DNA of 64,000 bases, taken from the NCBI GenBank assembly GCA_035272625.1, contig DATEQN010000045.1:5918-69917 (forward strand). Direction: 5' to 3'. Of the stretch, positions 1 through 10,022 are shown piece after piece. The position numbers were made by a program, and so were the translations under genes. How positions within the stretch are numbered: position 1 is the stretch's first letter; every line of letters begins with the position of its first letter. Origin of the DNA: Terriglobales bacterium (GTDB lineage Bacteria > Acidobacteriota > Terriglobia > Terriglobales > Acidobacteriaceae). The notes beneath the pieces are model-generated. The model saw only the letters and a program-made list of their open reading frames with translations, was not told the origin of the DNA and did no database searches.

Positions 1-52
1 GGCTCCGGCCAAGCCTGTCCCAGCCACCACTCCGGGGAGCAGCGCCCCGTGA
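1..52 (+). CDS. 3' end of an upstream gene (partial); possibly the periplasmic adaptor subunit of the RND pump
   Basis: Frame 2 reads APAKPVPATTPGSSAP then TGA at 50-52, overlapping the GTG start of the next gene (GTGA). Product is inferred only from synteny with RND operons. Confidence 0.3.
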   Translation, partial: APAKPVPATTPGSSAP

Positions 53-3000
53 GTCCATCTCGCCCGTTTATCTTGCGGCCGGTAGCCACCTCTTTGCTGA
101 TGGCTGCAATCCTCCTGGTCGGTATTGTCGGCTATACCCAACTGCCGGTCTCCGCCTTGCCGGAAGTCGATTATCCGACCATTCAGGTGCTCACGTTTTA
201 TCCCGGAGCAAGCCCGACGGTGATGGCGACGACGGTGACAGCGCCACTGGAGCGTCAATTCGGTCAACTGCAAGGTTTGAGCCAGATGACCTCCACCAGT
301 TCCGGCGGCACTTCCGTCATTGTGCTGCAGTTCAACCTCACTCTGAATATTGATATAGCTGAAGAAGAAGTGCAGTCTGCCATCAACGCGTCGCAGAGTT
401 TGTTGCCCTCCATTCTGCCGGCGCCGCCGATCTACAGTAAGACGAATCCAGCCGATGCCCCTGTACTTACCTTGGCCATCTCCTCAAGTTCCATGCCGCT
501 TTCTCAGGTCGAGGACCTGGTGGACACGCGCCTTGCTCCTAAGATTTCGCAGCTCAGCGGGGTAGGCCTGGTCACCATCAGCGGCGGCCAAAAGCCCGCC
601 GTCCGCATTCAAGCCAATCCCACGGCTCTGTCATCGTACGGCATCAACCTGGAAGACCTGCGTGCAGCGCTGACCCAGGCCAGTGTGAATGCCGCCAAAG
701 GCAACTTCGACGGCCCGCGCCAGGATTACCAGATCGACGCCAACGATCAACTGATCACCAGCGACGACTACCGGAAGGTTGTCATTGCCTACCGTAACGG
801 TGCGCCGGTGATGCTGACCGACGTGGCACAAATCGTGAATGGCGTCGAGAACAGTAATCAGGCAGCATGGATGAACCAGACTCCTGCGGTCATCCTGAAT
901 GTGCAACGCCAGCCCGGGGCCAACACGATCAGCGTGGTCAAGAGCATCAAGAAGCTGATGCCCCAGCTTCAGGCCAATCTGCCCACGGGCATTCAGGTGA
1001 CCACGCTCACCGATCTTACGACCGCCATCGAAGCATCGGTTTCTGACGTTGAGTTCGAATTGCTGTTGACGGTCGGACTCGTTGTGCTGGTCATCTTCCT
1101 CTTCTTACGGAGTCTCTACGCCACCATTATCCCGAGCGTGGCTGTCCCGCTGTCGCTGGTGGGCACTTTCGCGGCGATGTACCTTCTGGGCTACAGCCTG
1201 GATAACCTGTCGCTGATGGCGCTGACCATCTCCACCGGCTTTGTTGTGGACGATGCCATCGTGATGATCGAGAACATCTCTCGCTACATCGAAGCGGGCG
1301 ATCCACCCATGGAAGCGGCGCTCAAGGGCGCGGAGCAGATTGGCTTCACCATTCTCTCGCTAACCGTGTCACTCATTGCGGTACTGATTCCGCTGTTATT
1401 TATGGGCGATGTGGTGGGGCGCCTGTTCCGCGAATTTGCCGTGACCCTGGCCGTCACTATCGTGGTTTCGGCAGTTGTCTCGCTTACGCTGACGCCCATG
1501 ATGAGTGCGCGTATTTTGCGGCACAACCCGAAAGAGCAGCAGGGACGCATCTATCGATTCACCGAGCGTGCTTTTGAGGGGATGATCGCGTTCTATGGCC
1601 GCACCCTGAAAGTTGTCCTGCGATTCCAGACGATTACGCTGCTGGTCGCAGTGTCCACACTGCTGCTTACGGTTTTTCTTTACATCATCATCCCCAAAGG
1701 ATTTTTCCCGGTACAGGACACAGGCGTCATCCAGGGCATATCACAGGCGCCGCAGACAATTGGCGCAAAGGCCATGGCGGAGAAGCAGCAGGAGCTTACC
1801 AAGGCCGTTCTGGATGACCCAGCGGTCGAAAGCGTCTCGTCGTTTATCGGCGCAGATGGAACGAATACAACGACGAACAGCGGCAGGATGTCGATCAACT
1901 TGAAGCCGCTCGAACAGCGCAAGATCAGTGCGTCAGACCTGATCCGCAGGCTCAACTCCAGAGTGAACCAGGTTCAGGGGATCCAATTGTTTATGCAACC
2001 GGTGCAGAACATTACCGTGGATGATCGAGTGAGTCGCACGCAATACCAGTACACGCTCGAAGACCCCGATGCGAATGAACTCAACGACTGGACCAATCGC
2101 TTCGTCGCCCGGCTGAAGCAGTTGCCGGAACTGGAGGACGTGGCCACCGATCAACAGTTGGGAGGGCTGGCCGTGACTCTGGTGATCGATCGGGTCACCG
2201 CCTCGCGATTTGGCATCGCGCCGACAACCATCGATAACACTCTGTATGATGCCTTCGGTCAGCGGCAGATCAGCACGATGTATACGCAAGTGAATCAGTA
2301 CCACGTTGTGCTGGAGAGTGAACCGCAATTTCAGAAAGATCCGAACAATCTGAACCATCTCTACATCCAGTCCAATGCGTCTGCGGGCGCAACCGGTACT
2401 GGAGCCTCTTCCTCTTTCGCGTCCTCTGGATCATCCTCAGCGGGATCGAATGCGCTAACCGCCTCCGCCCGCTACACTCCGTCGGCAAATACCGTGGCTC
2501 CTCCCGCGAACGCGCTTTCGGCGAGCCCCTCCTCGCCGTCGAGCACGGGAGCAAACTCTGCCGGCGCCACCAGTTCGGCCACCAGCAGTGCCGTGCCGCT
2601 GAGTGCTTTCTCGCATTTCGAAAAGACGACCGAGCCGCTATCCATTAGCCACCAGGGTCAATTTCCGGCTATCACCGTATCGTTCAATCTCGCGCCGAAT
2701 GCCGCACTGGGCGAGGCGATTACGGCGGTCGACAAAGCGCAGAAAGACATGCACATGCCTCCCAGCCTACAAGCTGGTTTTCAAGGCACCGCGGCATCAT
2801 TCACAGCTTCGCTAGCCAACGAGCCGTTGCTCATTCTGGCCGCGCTGGTCACGGTCTACATCGTGCTTGGAGTTTTGTACGAGAGCTTTATCCACCCCAT
2901 CACCATTCTGTCCACGCTACCGTCGGCGGGCGTGGGCGCTTTTCTCGCGCTGCTTATCTTTCGCCAGGATTTAAGCGTGGTGGCGATCATCGGCATCGTC

Positions 3001-3369
3001 CTGCTGATCGGTATCGTGAAAAAGAACGGCATTATGATGGTCGACTTCGCGCTGGAGGGTGAGCGACAGCACGGCAAGAACGCGACGGATGCAATTTACG
3101 ACGCCTGTCTGCTCCGCTTCCGCCCCATCATGATGACCACCATGGCCGCGCTGCTGGCGGGGCTGCCGCTGGCGCTGGGAACTGGTTTCGGTTCCGAGTT
3201 GCGCCGGCCGCTGGGCATCGCTATGGTGGGCGGACTGCTGCTGAGCCAGGTGCTCACGCTTTACACCACGCCTGTCATCTACGTCTTTTTTGACAATCTG
3301 GCGCAGCGCTTTGCGCACAAATCGACCCAGCCGGAAACCGGAGGCGGAGAACTGGCAGGGCCGGCATGA
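49..3369 (+). CDS. mdtB: RND multidrug efflux permease, MdtB-like
   Basis: 1106-aa ORF. The N-terminus RPFILRPVATSLLMAAILLVGIVGYTQLPVSALPEVDYPTIQV and the 12-TM RND layout closely resemble E. coli MdtB. Its stop overlaps the next start (ATGA at 3366-3369). Confidence 0.9.
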   Translation: MSPSRPFILRPVATSLLMAAILLVGIVGYTQLPVSALPEVDYPTIQVLTFYPGASPTVMATTVTAPLERQFGQLQGLSQMTSTSSGGTSVIVLQFNLTLNIDIAEEEVQSAINASQSLLPSILPAPPIYSKTNPADAPVLTLAISSSSMPLSQVEDLVDTRLAPKISQLSGVGLVTISGGQKPAVRIQANPTALSSYGINLEDLRAALTQASVNAAKGNFDGPRQDYQIDANDQLITSDDYRKVVIAYRNGAPVMLTDVAQIVNGVENSNQAAWMNQTPAVILNVQRQPGANTISVVKSIKKLMPQLQANLPTGIQVTTLTDLTTAIEASVSDVEFELLLTVGLVVLVIFLFLRSLYATIIPSVAVPLSLVGTFAAMYLLGYSLDNLSLMALTISTGFVVDDAIVMIENISRYIEAGDPPMEAALKGAEQIGFTILSLTVSLIAVLIPLLFMGDVVGRLFREFAVTLAVTIVVSAVVSLTLTPMMSARILRHNPKEQQGRIYRFTERAFEGMIAFYGRTLKVVLRFQTITLLVAVSTLLLTVFLYIIIPKGFFPVQDTGVIQGISQAPQTIGAKAMAEKQQELTKAVLDDPAVESVSSFIGADGTNTTTNSGRMSINLKPLEQRKISASDLIRRLNSRVNQVQGIQLFMQPVQNITVDDRVSRTQYQYTLEDPDANELNDWTNRFVARLKQLPELEDVATDQQLGGLAVTLVIDRVTASRFGIAPTTIDNTLYDAFGQRQISTMYTQVNQYHVVLESEPQFQKDPNNLNHLYIQSNASAGATGTGASSSFASSGSSSAGSNALTASARYTPSANTVAPPANALSASPSSPSSTGANSAGATSSATSSAVPLSAFSHFEKTTEPLSISHQGQFPAITVSFNLAPNAALGEAITAVDKAQKDMHMPPSLQAGFQGTAASFTASLANEPLLILAALVTVYIVLGVLYESFIHPITILSTLPSAGVGAFLALLIFRQDLSVVAIIGIVLLIGIVKKNGIMMVDFALEGERQHGKNATDAIYDACLLRFRPIMMTTMAALLAGLPLALGTGFGSELRRPLGIAMVGGLLLSQVLTLYTTPVIYVFFDNLAQRFAHKSTQPETGGGELAGPA

Positions 3370-6300
3370 TTATCTCCGCACCCTTCATTCGCCGGCCAGT
3401 GGCTACCACACTGCTCACGGTGGCGGTTGCCCTCGCCGGGGCGATTGCGTTTGAGGTGCTGCCAGTCGCGCCCCTGCCGGAAGTCGACTTTCCGACTATT
3501 TCAGTCAGTGCAGGCTTGCCTGGAGGCAGCGCCGACATTATGGCGTCGTCCGTCGCCACTCCCCTGGAGCGGCAGTTCGGTCATATTGCAGGGGTGACGG
3601 AGATGACCTCCGCCAGCACGCTCGGCAGCACGTCGATCACCATTCAGTTTGACCTCAGCCGCGATATTGATGGCGCGGCACGCGACGTGGAGGCCGCCAT
3701 CAATGCGGCGCGATCCTATCTGCCCGCCAACCTGCCGGGCAATCCGACCTATCGCAAGGTCAATCCCGCCGATTCGCCGATCATGATTCTCGGACTTACC
3801 TCCGACAAATACGGTCCCGACAAGATATATGACGAAGCCTCCACTGTCCTCGCGCAAAAGCTGTCGCAGATACAGGGCGTAGGGCAAGTCTCCGTCGGAG
3901 GTGGCGCATTGCCATCCGTGCGGGTGGATGCAAATCCCACGCAATTGGCCAGCTATGGACTTACCCTGGCGAATTTGCAGTCCGTGCTGAGCCTGCAGAA
4001 CGCTGACCTCGCCAAGGGCCAGATCACTGATGGCATAACGACCGCGGACATCCTTGCCAACGATCAGATCTCGCACGCGGCCGACTACAAGCCGCTCGTC
4101 GTCGGTTATAAAAACGGCGCGGCGATCCGCCTGTCCGATGTCGCTGAGGTGACAGACTCGGTGCAGAACATCCGTGCTGCTGGCTATTTGAACGGCAAGC
4201 GATCGGTTACAGTCATCATCTTCCGCCAGCCCGGCGCCAACATCATTAACACGGTCGACCGCGTCCGCGCGCAACTTCCGTTTATCCAAGCATCCATTCC
4301 GCTCGGCATCGATACGACTATCGTTCTTGACCGCACCACCACCATCCGCGCCTCTGTCAGTGACGTCGAGAGGACGCTGCTCCTTTCCATCGGCCTCGTC
4401 ATTCTCGTGGTGTTTGTCTTCCTGCGCAACGGCCGCGCCACGCTCATACCCGCGGTCGCGGTGCCGGTCTCGCTGGTCGGTACCTTCGCGGTGATGTATC
4501 TGTTCGGATATAGCCTGGACAACCTCTCGCTGATGGCCATGACCATTGCAACGGGATTTGTGGTCGATGATGCCATCGTGGTGATGGAGAATATCGCGCG
4601 CCATCTGGAAAACGGTATGGAGCCCTTTGCCGCGGCGCTGAAGGGCGCGGAAGAAATCGGTTTCACCGTCTTCAGCATCAGCATTTCGCTCATTGCCGTC
4701 TTTATCCCCCTTCTTATGATGGGCGGAATCGTGGGCCGTCTCTTCCGCGAATTTGCTGTCACTCTTTCGACGGCCGTTTTCGTGTCGATGCTCATCTCTC
4801 TGACCACGACGCCGATGATGTGCGCCTACCTCTTGAAAAACCAGCGCGCAGAAAAGCATGGCCGCCTCTACATGGCGAGCGAAAAGTTCTTTGACTGGGT
4901 GCTGTCGCTATATCGCGGCAGCCTGCATTGGGTGCTCGACCATCCGATCCTCACTCTCGTCGTACTCTTCCTCACTATCGCGCTCAATGGGGTGCTGATC
5001 GTCAAGATACCCAAGGGCTTTTTCCCAGTGGAGGACACAGGAGCGATCTCCGGTAGCGTGCGCGGGCCGCAGGATTCATCCTTTCCGGCGATGGACAACT
5101 CCATCCGGCAGATTGGCGCCGTAATCAAGAATGATCCCGCTGTCGCAAATGTGATTGCGTTCACCGGCGGCGGCGGGGCCACCAATACCGGCTCCCTCTA
5201 CATTGCGCTCAAGCCGCTGGCGGAGCGCAACGTCAGCGCCGCTCAGATCATCGACCGCTTGCGCCCCCAATTGAACCGTCTGCCGGTAGCTTCCGCGTTC
5301 CTCCAAGCCGCGCAAGATCTGCGGATCGGTGGCCGGTCCAGTAATGCGATGTACCAGTACACGATCCAGTCCGACAATGTGCAGGATCTTTCTAAGTGGG
5401 CGCCGATCCTACTTCGTGAGATGCAGCACCTGCCCGGGCTGCAGGACGTGAGCTCAGACCAGCAGAATGGAGGTTTGGATGAGCTGATGACCTATGATCG
5501 CGTCACCGCGGCCAAGCTCGGCCTTACCGTACAGTCGCTGGACTCGGAGTTATACGGCGCATTCGGCCAATCGGAAGTGTCCATCATCTACACTCAGTTA
5601 AATCAGTATTACGTGGTGCTGGAAGTTGCTCCCCAGTATTGGCAAAGCCCGGAAGGATTGAAAGACATTTACCTTCAGTCTTCGGGCGGCAACATTCCGC
5701 TGCTCGCGGTGGCCAAGGGGCAAGCCAACACCACACCACTGGCCATCAACCATACCGGCTTATTCCCCTCGGTCACTGTGTCCTTTAACCTGGCGGCGGA
5801 TAAGTCGTTGAGCGATGCCACGTTGGCCATAACCCAGATGCAAAAACGGCTCGGCACTCCTTCCACGCTGCAAGGCTTTTTTGCCGGCACGCTGCAGGCC
5901 TACCAGCAATCGCTCGGGACCGAGCCCCTGCTGATTCTGACGGCGCTGCTCGCGGTCTACATTGTTCTCGGCATTTTGTATGAAAGCCTGGTCCATCCTC
6001 TGACGATCATCTCCACGCTGCCGTCAGCGAGCGTAGGCGCGATGCTCGCCTTGCTGCTTTTTAAAGAGGACTTGAACATTATCTCTATCATCGGCATTGT
6101 GCTGCTGATTGGAATCGTAAAAAAGAACGCCATCATGATGATCGATTTCGCTCTTCAGGCAGAACGCGAGGAGGGAAAGAACCCAACCGATGCGATTTTT
6201 GAAGCGTGTATGTTGCGCTTCCGTCCCATTCTAATGACGACGATGGCAGCATTGTTGGGCGCTCTGCCGCTGGCGCTGGGGACGGGCACGGGGTATGAGC

Positions 6301-6476
6301 TCCGCCGGCCCCTGGGCATCACGATTGTGGGAGGACTGATCTTGAGTCAGATGCTCACGCTCTATACCACGCCGGTTGTCTATTTGGCGTTCGACCGACT
6401 GCGGCTGCGGATACAGGGAAACCAGAATGACATCCTTGACTATGGGGCTGGACCAGCCCCCAGCGCTACGGATTAA
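3366..6476 (+). CDS. mdtC: RND multidrug efflux permease, MdtC-like
   Basis: 1036-aa ORF. FIRRPVATTLLTVAVALAGAIAFEVLPVAPLPEVDFPTISV and later conserved blocks resemble E. coli MdtC. It is translationally coupled to mdtB. Confidence 0.9.
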   Translation: MIISAPFIRRPVATTLLTVAVALAGAIAFEVLPVAPLPEVDFPTISVSAGLPGGSADIMASSVATPLERQFGHIAGVTEMTSASTLGSTSITIQFDLSRDIDGAARDVEAAINAARSYLPANLPGNPTYRKVNPADSPIMILGLTSDKYGPDKIYDEASTVLAQKLSQIQGVGQVSVGGGALPSVRVDANPTQLASYGLTLANLQSVLSLQNADLAKGQITDGITTADILANDQISHAADYKPLVVGYKNGAAIRLSDVAEVTDSVQNIRAAGYLNGKRSVTVIIFRQPGANIINTVDRVRAQLPFIQASIPLGIDTTIVLDRTTTIRASVSDVERTLLLSIGLVILVVFVFLRNGRATLIPAVAVPVSLVGTFAVMYLFGYSLDNLSLMAMTIATGFVVDDAIVVMENIARHLENGMEPFAAALKGAEEIGFTVFSISISLIAVFIPLLMMGGIVGRLFREFAVTLSTAVFVSMLISLTTTPMMCAYLLKNQRAEKHGRLYMASEKFFDWVLSLYRGSLHWVLDHPILTLVVLFLTIALNGVLIVKIPKGFFPVEDTGAISGSVRGPQDSSFPAMDNSIRQIGAVIKNDPAVANVIAFTGGGGATNTGSLYIALKPLAERNVSAAQIIDRLRPQLNRLPVASAFLQAAQDLRIGGRSSNAMYQYTIQSDNVQDLSKWAPILLREMQHLPGLQDVSSDQQNGGLDELMTYDRVTAAKLGLTVQSLDSELYGAFGQSEVSIIYTQLNQYYVVLEVAPQYWQSPEGLKDIYLQSSGGNIPLLAVAKGQANTTPLAINHTGLFPSVTVSFNLAADKSLSDATLAITQMQKRLGTPSTLQGFFAGTLQAYQQSLGTEPLLILTALLAVYIVLGILYESLVHPLTIISTLPSASVGAMLALLLFKEDLNIISIIGIVLLIGIVKKNAIMMIDFALQAEREEGKNPTDAIFEACMLRFRPILMTTMAALLGALPLALGTGTGYELRRPLGITIVGGLILSQMLTLYTTPVVYLAFDRLRLRIQGNQNDILDYGAGPAPSATD

Positions 6477-6569
6477 GATTGTCATTAGACACCACATTAG
6501 TCGTGTTCCGTCTTTGATCTGAGTCCGCTAGTGGCCCTCAGGCCACCGCTCTCACCCATATAGCTATAA

Positions 6570-8279
6570 TTGCTGACGCTCATGGACTGGATTCCAGCCG
6601 CCTTCCGCTGGCTGTTCGCCTCAGGGTTCGACTCGGAGCACGGCGCATTCGGCCGCCTGATTCCACGCTGGCTCTTCTTGCGGGCACTTGGCTGCATTTA
6701 TTTTTCCGCCTTCTTCTCGCTCGTCTTTCAGATTCGTGGGCTCATCGGACCGGAAGGGATTTTGCCGGCAGACGAGTATCTCCGGGCGGTGGCGCATTCT
6801 GTTGGCTACAGCCGCGGATTATGGTACGCGCCCACTTTGCTTTGGCTGGCAAGCCGCCCGCATATGCTAACCGCCCTGTGCTGGGTGGGCATGGGCGCAT
6901 CGCTACTTTTGGTTCTGAATGCATGGCCGCGTGGAATGCTAACGATCTGTTTTCTGTGTTTCCTCTCGTTCGTCAGCGCAGCGCAGGATTTTTCCGGTTA
7001 TCAATCAGATGGGATGTTGCTTGAAGCTGGATTTATTGCGCTATTCTTTTCTCCGCCCGGATTTCGTCCGGGCCTCGGTGCGGCATCGCCGCCATCGCGG
7101 GCTAGTTTGTTTCTACTGCTGTGGGAATGGTTTCGCATTTATTTCGAGTCCGGTGTGGCGAAGATTATCGGGGGAGATCCCGAGTGGCGCAACTTTACCG
7201 CTATGGACGAGTACTACCAGAACGGTCCTCTGCCCACATGGATCGGCTGGTACATGCAGCATCTGCCGCACTGGTTCCATGCTTCGACGGTTTTTGCGAC
7301 GCTGACGCTTGAACTGGTTTTGGTGTGGATGTTCGTTCTGCCGCGCCGCTGGCGAATCGCTTGCTTCTTCATTGTGACTCCCTGGCAACTCGTCGTTATT
7401 CTCACCGCCAACTACACATTTCTGAATTACCTTGTCCTGATGCTGGGATTCCTTTTGCTGGATGATCGCTTTCTGCTGCAGTTCCTCCCGCAGCACTTCC
7501 GAGAACGATGGAAGAGGTTTTTCGTCGCGGGCGCCACAACCGCGACCGAGGACAAGCCGACGGCGTCTGAACCCAGTCCAACCGATCAGGCGCTGGAAAC
7601 GTCGGCGGAATCAGGACAACGCGAGCAAAGTCAACCGCGAGATTGGAAAGGCGCCTTCCGACAACCGTTCAGGATACTTAAGCTCTCTCTGAGCGGCGTA
7701 ATGCTTAGCTGGATTTTCTATGCCACGACCGCGGAGTTGATCTGGATGTTCTCCGCTCTCCCGCTGCCAACGACCCCGGTGGAGTTGATCGAGCCTTTTC
7801 GAATCGCCAATCGATACGGCCTTTTTGGCATCATGACCAGGGGCCGATACGAGATCGAGTTCCAGGGTTCTGAAGATGGAAAAACCTGGGTGGTATATCC
7901 GTTCCGCTACAAGCCTCAGGACCTGAGTACGCCGCCTGGAATTTACGCGCCTTACCAGCCACGATTCGACTGGAATCTTTGGTTTGCTTCGCTGGGCTCT
8001 TGGCGTGATTATCCAATTGTGCTCAACACTGAAGTCCGGCTGCTTTCCAATGACAACGACGTTCTTACTCTTTTTGAGAAAAATCCCTTTCCGCATGAAC
8101 CGCCACGCCAGGTGCGTGCTGTGGTTTGGCAATATTGGTTCACAACAATGTCCGAAAAGCGGAGACAAGGCCTCTGGTGGCGCCGTCAATTTGTGGGACT
8201 CTACGCACCGACGATCGAGCGCGAACCCGATGGCACGATTCGTGGTGTCGAGTGGTCTACGGTTGGTCCACACGAATGA
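6570..8279 (+). CDS. Lipase maturation factor (LMF1/DUF1222) family membrane protein
   Basis: Polytopic membrane ORF. The C-terminal block YEIEFQGSEDGKTWVVYPFRYKPQ...PYQPRFDWNLWFASLG is typical of the LMF family. TTG at 6570; first ATG at 6582. Confidence 0.7.
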   Translation: MLTLMDWIPAAFRWLFASGFDSEHGAFGRLIPRWLFLRALGCIYFSAFFSLVFQIRGLIGPEGILPADEYLRAVAHSVGYSRGLWYAPTLLWLASRPHMLTALCWVGMGASLLLVLNAWPRGMLTICFLCFLSFVSAAQDFSGYQSDGMLLEAGFIALFFSPPGFRPGLGAASPPSRASLFLLLWEWFRIYFESGVAKIIGGDPEWRNFTAMDEYYQNGPLPTWIGWYMQHLPHWFHASTVFATLTLELVLVWMFVLPRRWRIACFFIVTPWQLVVILTANYTFLNYLVLMLGFLLLDDRFLLQFLPQHFRERWKRFFVAGATTATEDKPTASEPSPTDQALETSAESGQREQSQPRDWKGAFRQPFRILKLSLSGVMLSWIFYATTAELIWMFSALPLPTTPVELIEPFRIANRYGLFGIMTRGRYEIEFQGSEDGKTWVVYPFRYKPQDLSTPPGIYAPYQPRFDWNLWFASLGSWRDYPIVLNTEVRLLSNDNDVLTLFEKNPFPHEPPRQVRAVVWQYWFTTMSEKRRQGLWWRRQFVGLYAPTIEREPDGTIRGVEWSTVGPHE

Positions 8280-8324
8280 CTCCTGGCAGCGATCGAGGAG
8301 CAGGGTAAGCCTTCACGCTTCAAA

Positions 8325-9752
8325 TTAGCTGCCACCCAACCGCGACAACGCCATCTTCGCCGCATGGTAGCCGCACATGCCATGCACTCCTCCACCGGGC
8401 GGAGTGGATGCGGAGCAAATGTAAATGTCGCGCGCCGAGGTGGCGTAATGTCGCCAGGTCGGCCGAAACAGAAACTGCCGAATGTCCATGGCCCCGCCTC
8501 CGATGTCGCCTCCTACGAGGTTAGCGTCCATGCTCTCAAGATCTGCGGGAGAGAAGACACGCCGCGCCAAAATGCAGCTGCGGAAGCCGGGAGCGAAACG
8601 ATCAATCTGATCCTCCAGTTTCTCAAGCACGTTTACTTTGGATCCGTTCGGCACATGACAATAGGCCCACGCCGTGTGTTTGCCTGCCGGAGCCCGTGTG
8701 CTATCGAAAAGACTCGGCTGGGCCAGCAGAACGAATGGACGATCGGCGCTCTGTCCCATTCGTATCGCCTTCTCCGACGCGGCAATCTCTTCAAAGGTTC
8801 CGCCGAGATGCACCGTCGCTGCCCGCAAACATTCGGGAGCTTTCCAGGGGATGGGTGCGTTCAGCGCATAGTCCACTTTGAAGACGCCAGCTCCATAGCG
8901 GAATTTTTCCAGCCGCCGCTTGTAACGTTCTGACAATTGTCCTCCGGCAATCTCGACAAGCTGCCGTGGAGTCAGATCACAGAGAGTCAGGTCATACTTC
9001 GGAAATGCGTTCGCCAGTGCTGCTAAGTTGTCGACTGGCGATGAAGTGCTCACCTTGCTTCCAAACGTCGAGAGATATCCGCATAGGGCGTTGGTGAGTG
9101 ATTGCGCGCCGCCGCGAGGAATCGGCCAGCCAACCGCATGCGCTGGCGCGGCCATCATGATTGCGAACGCCGCGCTCAACGGTTCGTCCAGGCTGAGGAA
9201 AGAATGGGCGGCCAAGCCGGCGAAGAGTGCCCGGGTTCGTTCGCTACGAAACCGGCTGGCAACAACTCGGGCCGACCGGAGTGCGACCATGCCAAAACGC
9301 GCCATCAGCCAGGGATGTCGAGGGATGAAAGGAACGGGGCGCAGTACCTCCGGAGCAAATTCAGTCCAGCGTTCGGCGAACGGACGCATGAGCTTGTCCC
9401 ATGCCGGTCCGTCGATTCCAAGGGAACCTCTGGTTTCATCCAAGCTGCGTTCCAACATCACCGCCGTGCCGTCATCAAGAGGATGCGCCAAAGCAGCCGG
9501 CGAGTGAATCCACTCCAAGCCGTGGTTGCACAGGGGCAGCGACGAGAAGAATGGCGACCCCGCGCCGAGCGGATAGACTGCGGATCCGAAATCATGCCGA
9601 AAGCCCGGTAAGGTTAACTCCATCGTGCGCGCGGCTCCGCCCGGCGTCGACTGCGCTTCCAGCACGTCCACCTGCAGTCCAGCCTGGGCCAGAACGATGG
9701 CCGCTGCCAGTCCATTCGGACCAGCGCCGATTACGCACGCTCTACGGCTCAT
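8325..9752 (-). CDS. NAD(P)/FAD-dependent oxidoreductase, phytoene desaturase (CrtI)-like family
   Basis: 475-aa ORF with an N-terminal dinucleotide-binding motif (CVIGAGPNGLAAAIVLAQAGLQVDVLE) and a CrtI-like C-terminus (STPPGGGVHGMCGY). Confidence 0.8.
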   Translation of the reverse strand: MSRRACVIGAGPNGLAAAIVLAQAGLQVDVLEAQSTPGGAARTMELTLPGFRHDFGSAVYPLGAGSPFFSSLPLCNHGLEWIHSPAALAHPLDDGTAVMLERSLDETRGSLGIDGPAWDKLMRPFAERWTEFAPEVLRPVPFIPRHPWLMARFGMVALRSARVVASRFRSERTRALFAGLAAHSFLSLDEPLSAAFAIMMAAPAHAVGWPIPRGGAQSLTNALCGYLSTFGSKVSTSSPVDNLAALANAFPKYDLTLCDLTPRQLVEIAGGQLSERYKRRLEKFRYGAGVFKVDYALNAPIPWKAPECLRAATVHLGGTFEEIAASEKAIRMGQSADRPFVLLAQPSLFDSTRAPAGKHTAWAYCHVPNGSKVNVLEKLEDQIDRFAPGFRSCILARRVFSPADLESMDANLVGGDIGGGAMDIRQFLFRPTWRHYATSARDIYICSASTPPGGGVHGMCGYHAAKMALSRLGGS

Positions 9753-10022
9753 CGTGGATCACCTTGAAAGGACCACCTTGAAACAACACCCGGACGCCAC
9801 TGCATATAAAACATCCGCTGCTCTTAGCATAAGTTATTTCCGCGGTACCGTGGGAATATGAGCGCCGCGATTCTGCCCGTTGCCAAAGATGGCGCTCTCC
9901 GCTCAGCGGTTGCCAAGTCTCGCGTGTCGTATCAAGGCACCGCTTTAGCGATTCCGGAGTAACAAAACTCTACAGTTCAGAGTGGGTGAGAGCGGTATGA
10001 TTCGAGCAAGACAGTACCGAAT

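Noticed and set aside
3501-4859. 452-aa minus-strand ORF antisense to mdtC. Similar long antisense ORFs lie at 28065-29351, 29656-30891, 16862-18115, 34320-35369, 35261-36568 and 60386-61288.
   Set aside because: Each lies opposite a gene with strong family motifs. Their translations are Arg/His/Gly-rich and lack motifs or RBSs. Open antisense frames like these are typical of GC-rich DNA.
9762-9789. Direct repeat CACCTTGAAA x2 in the leader of the CrtI-like gene
   Set aside because: It is short. The proximal copy simply provides the AAGGTG Shine-Dalgarno for the ATG at 9752. There is no further evidence of function.
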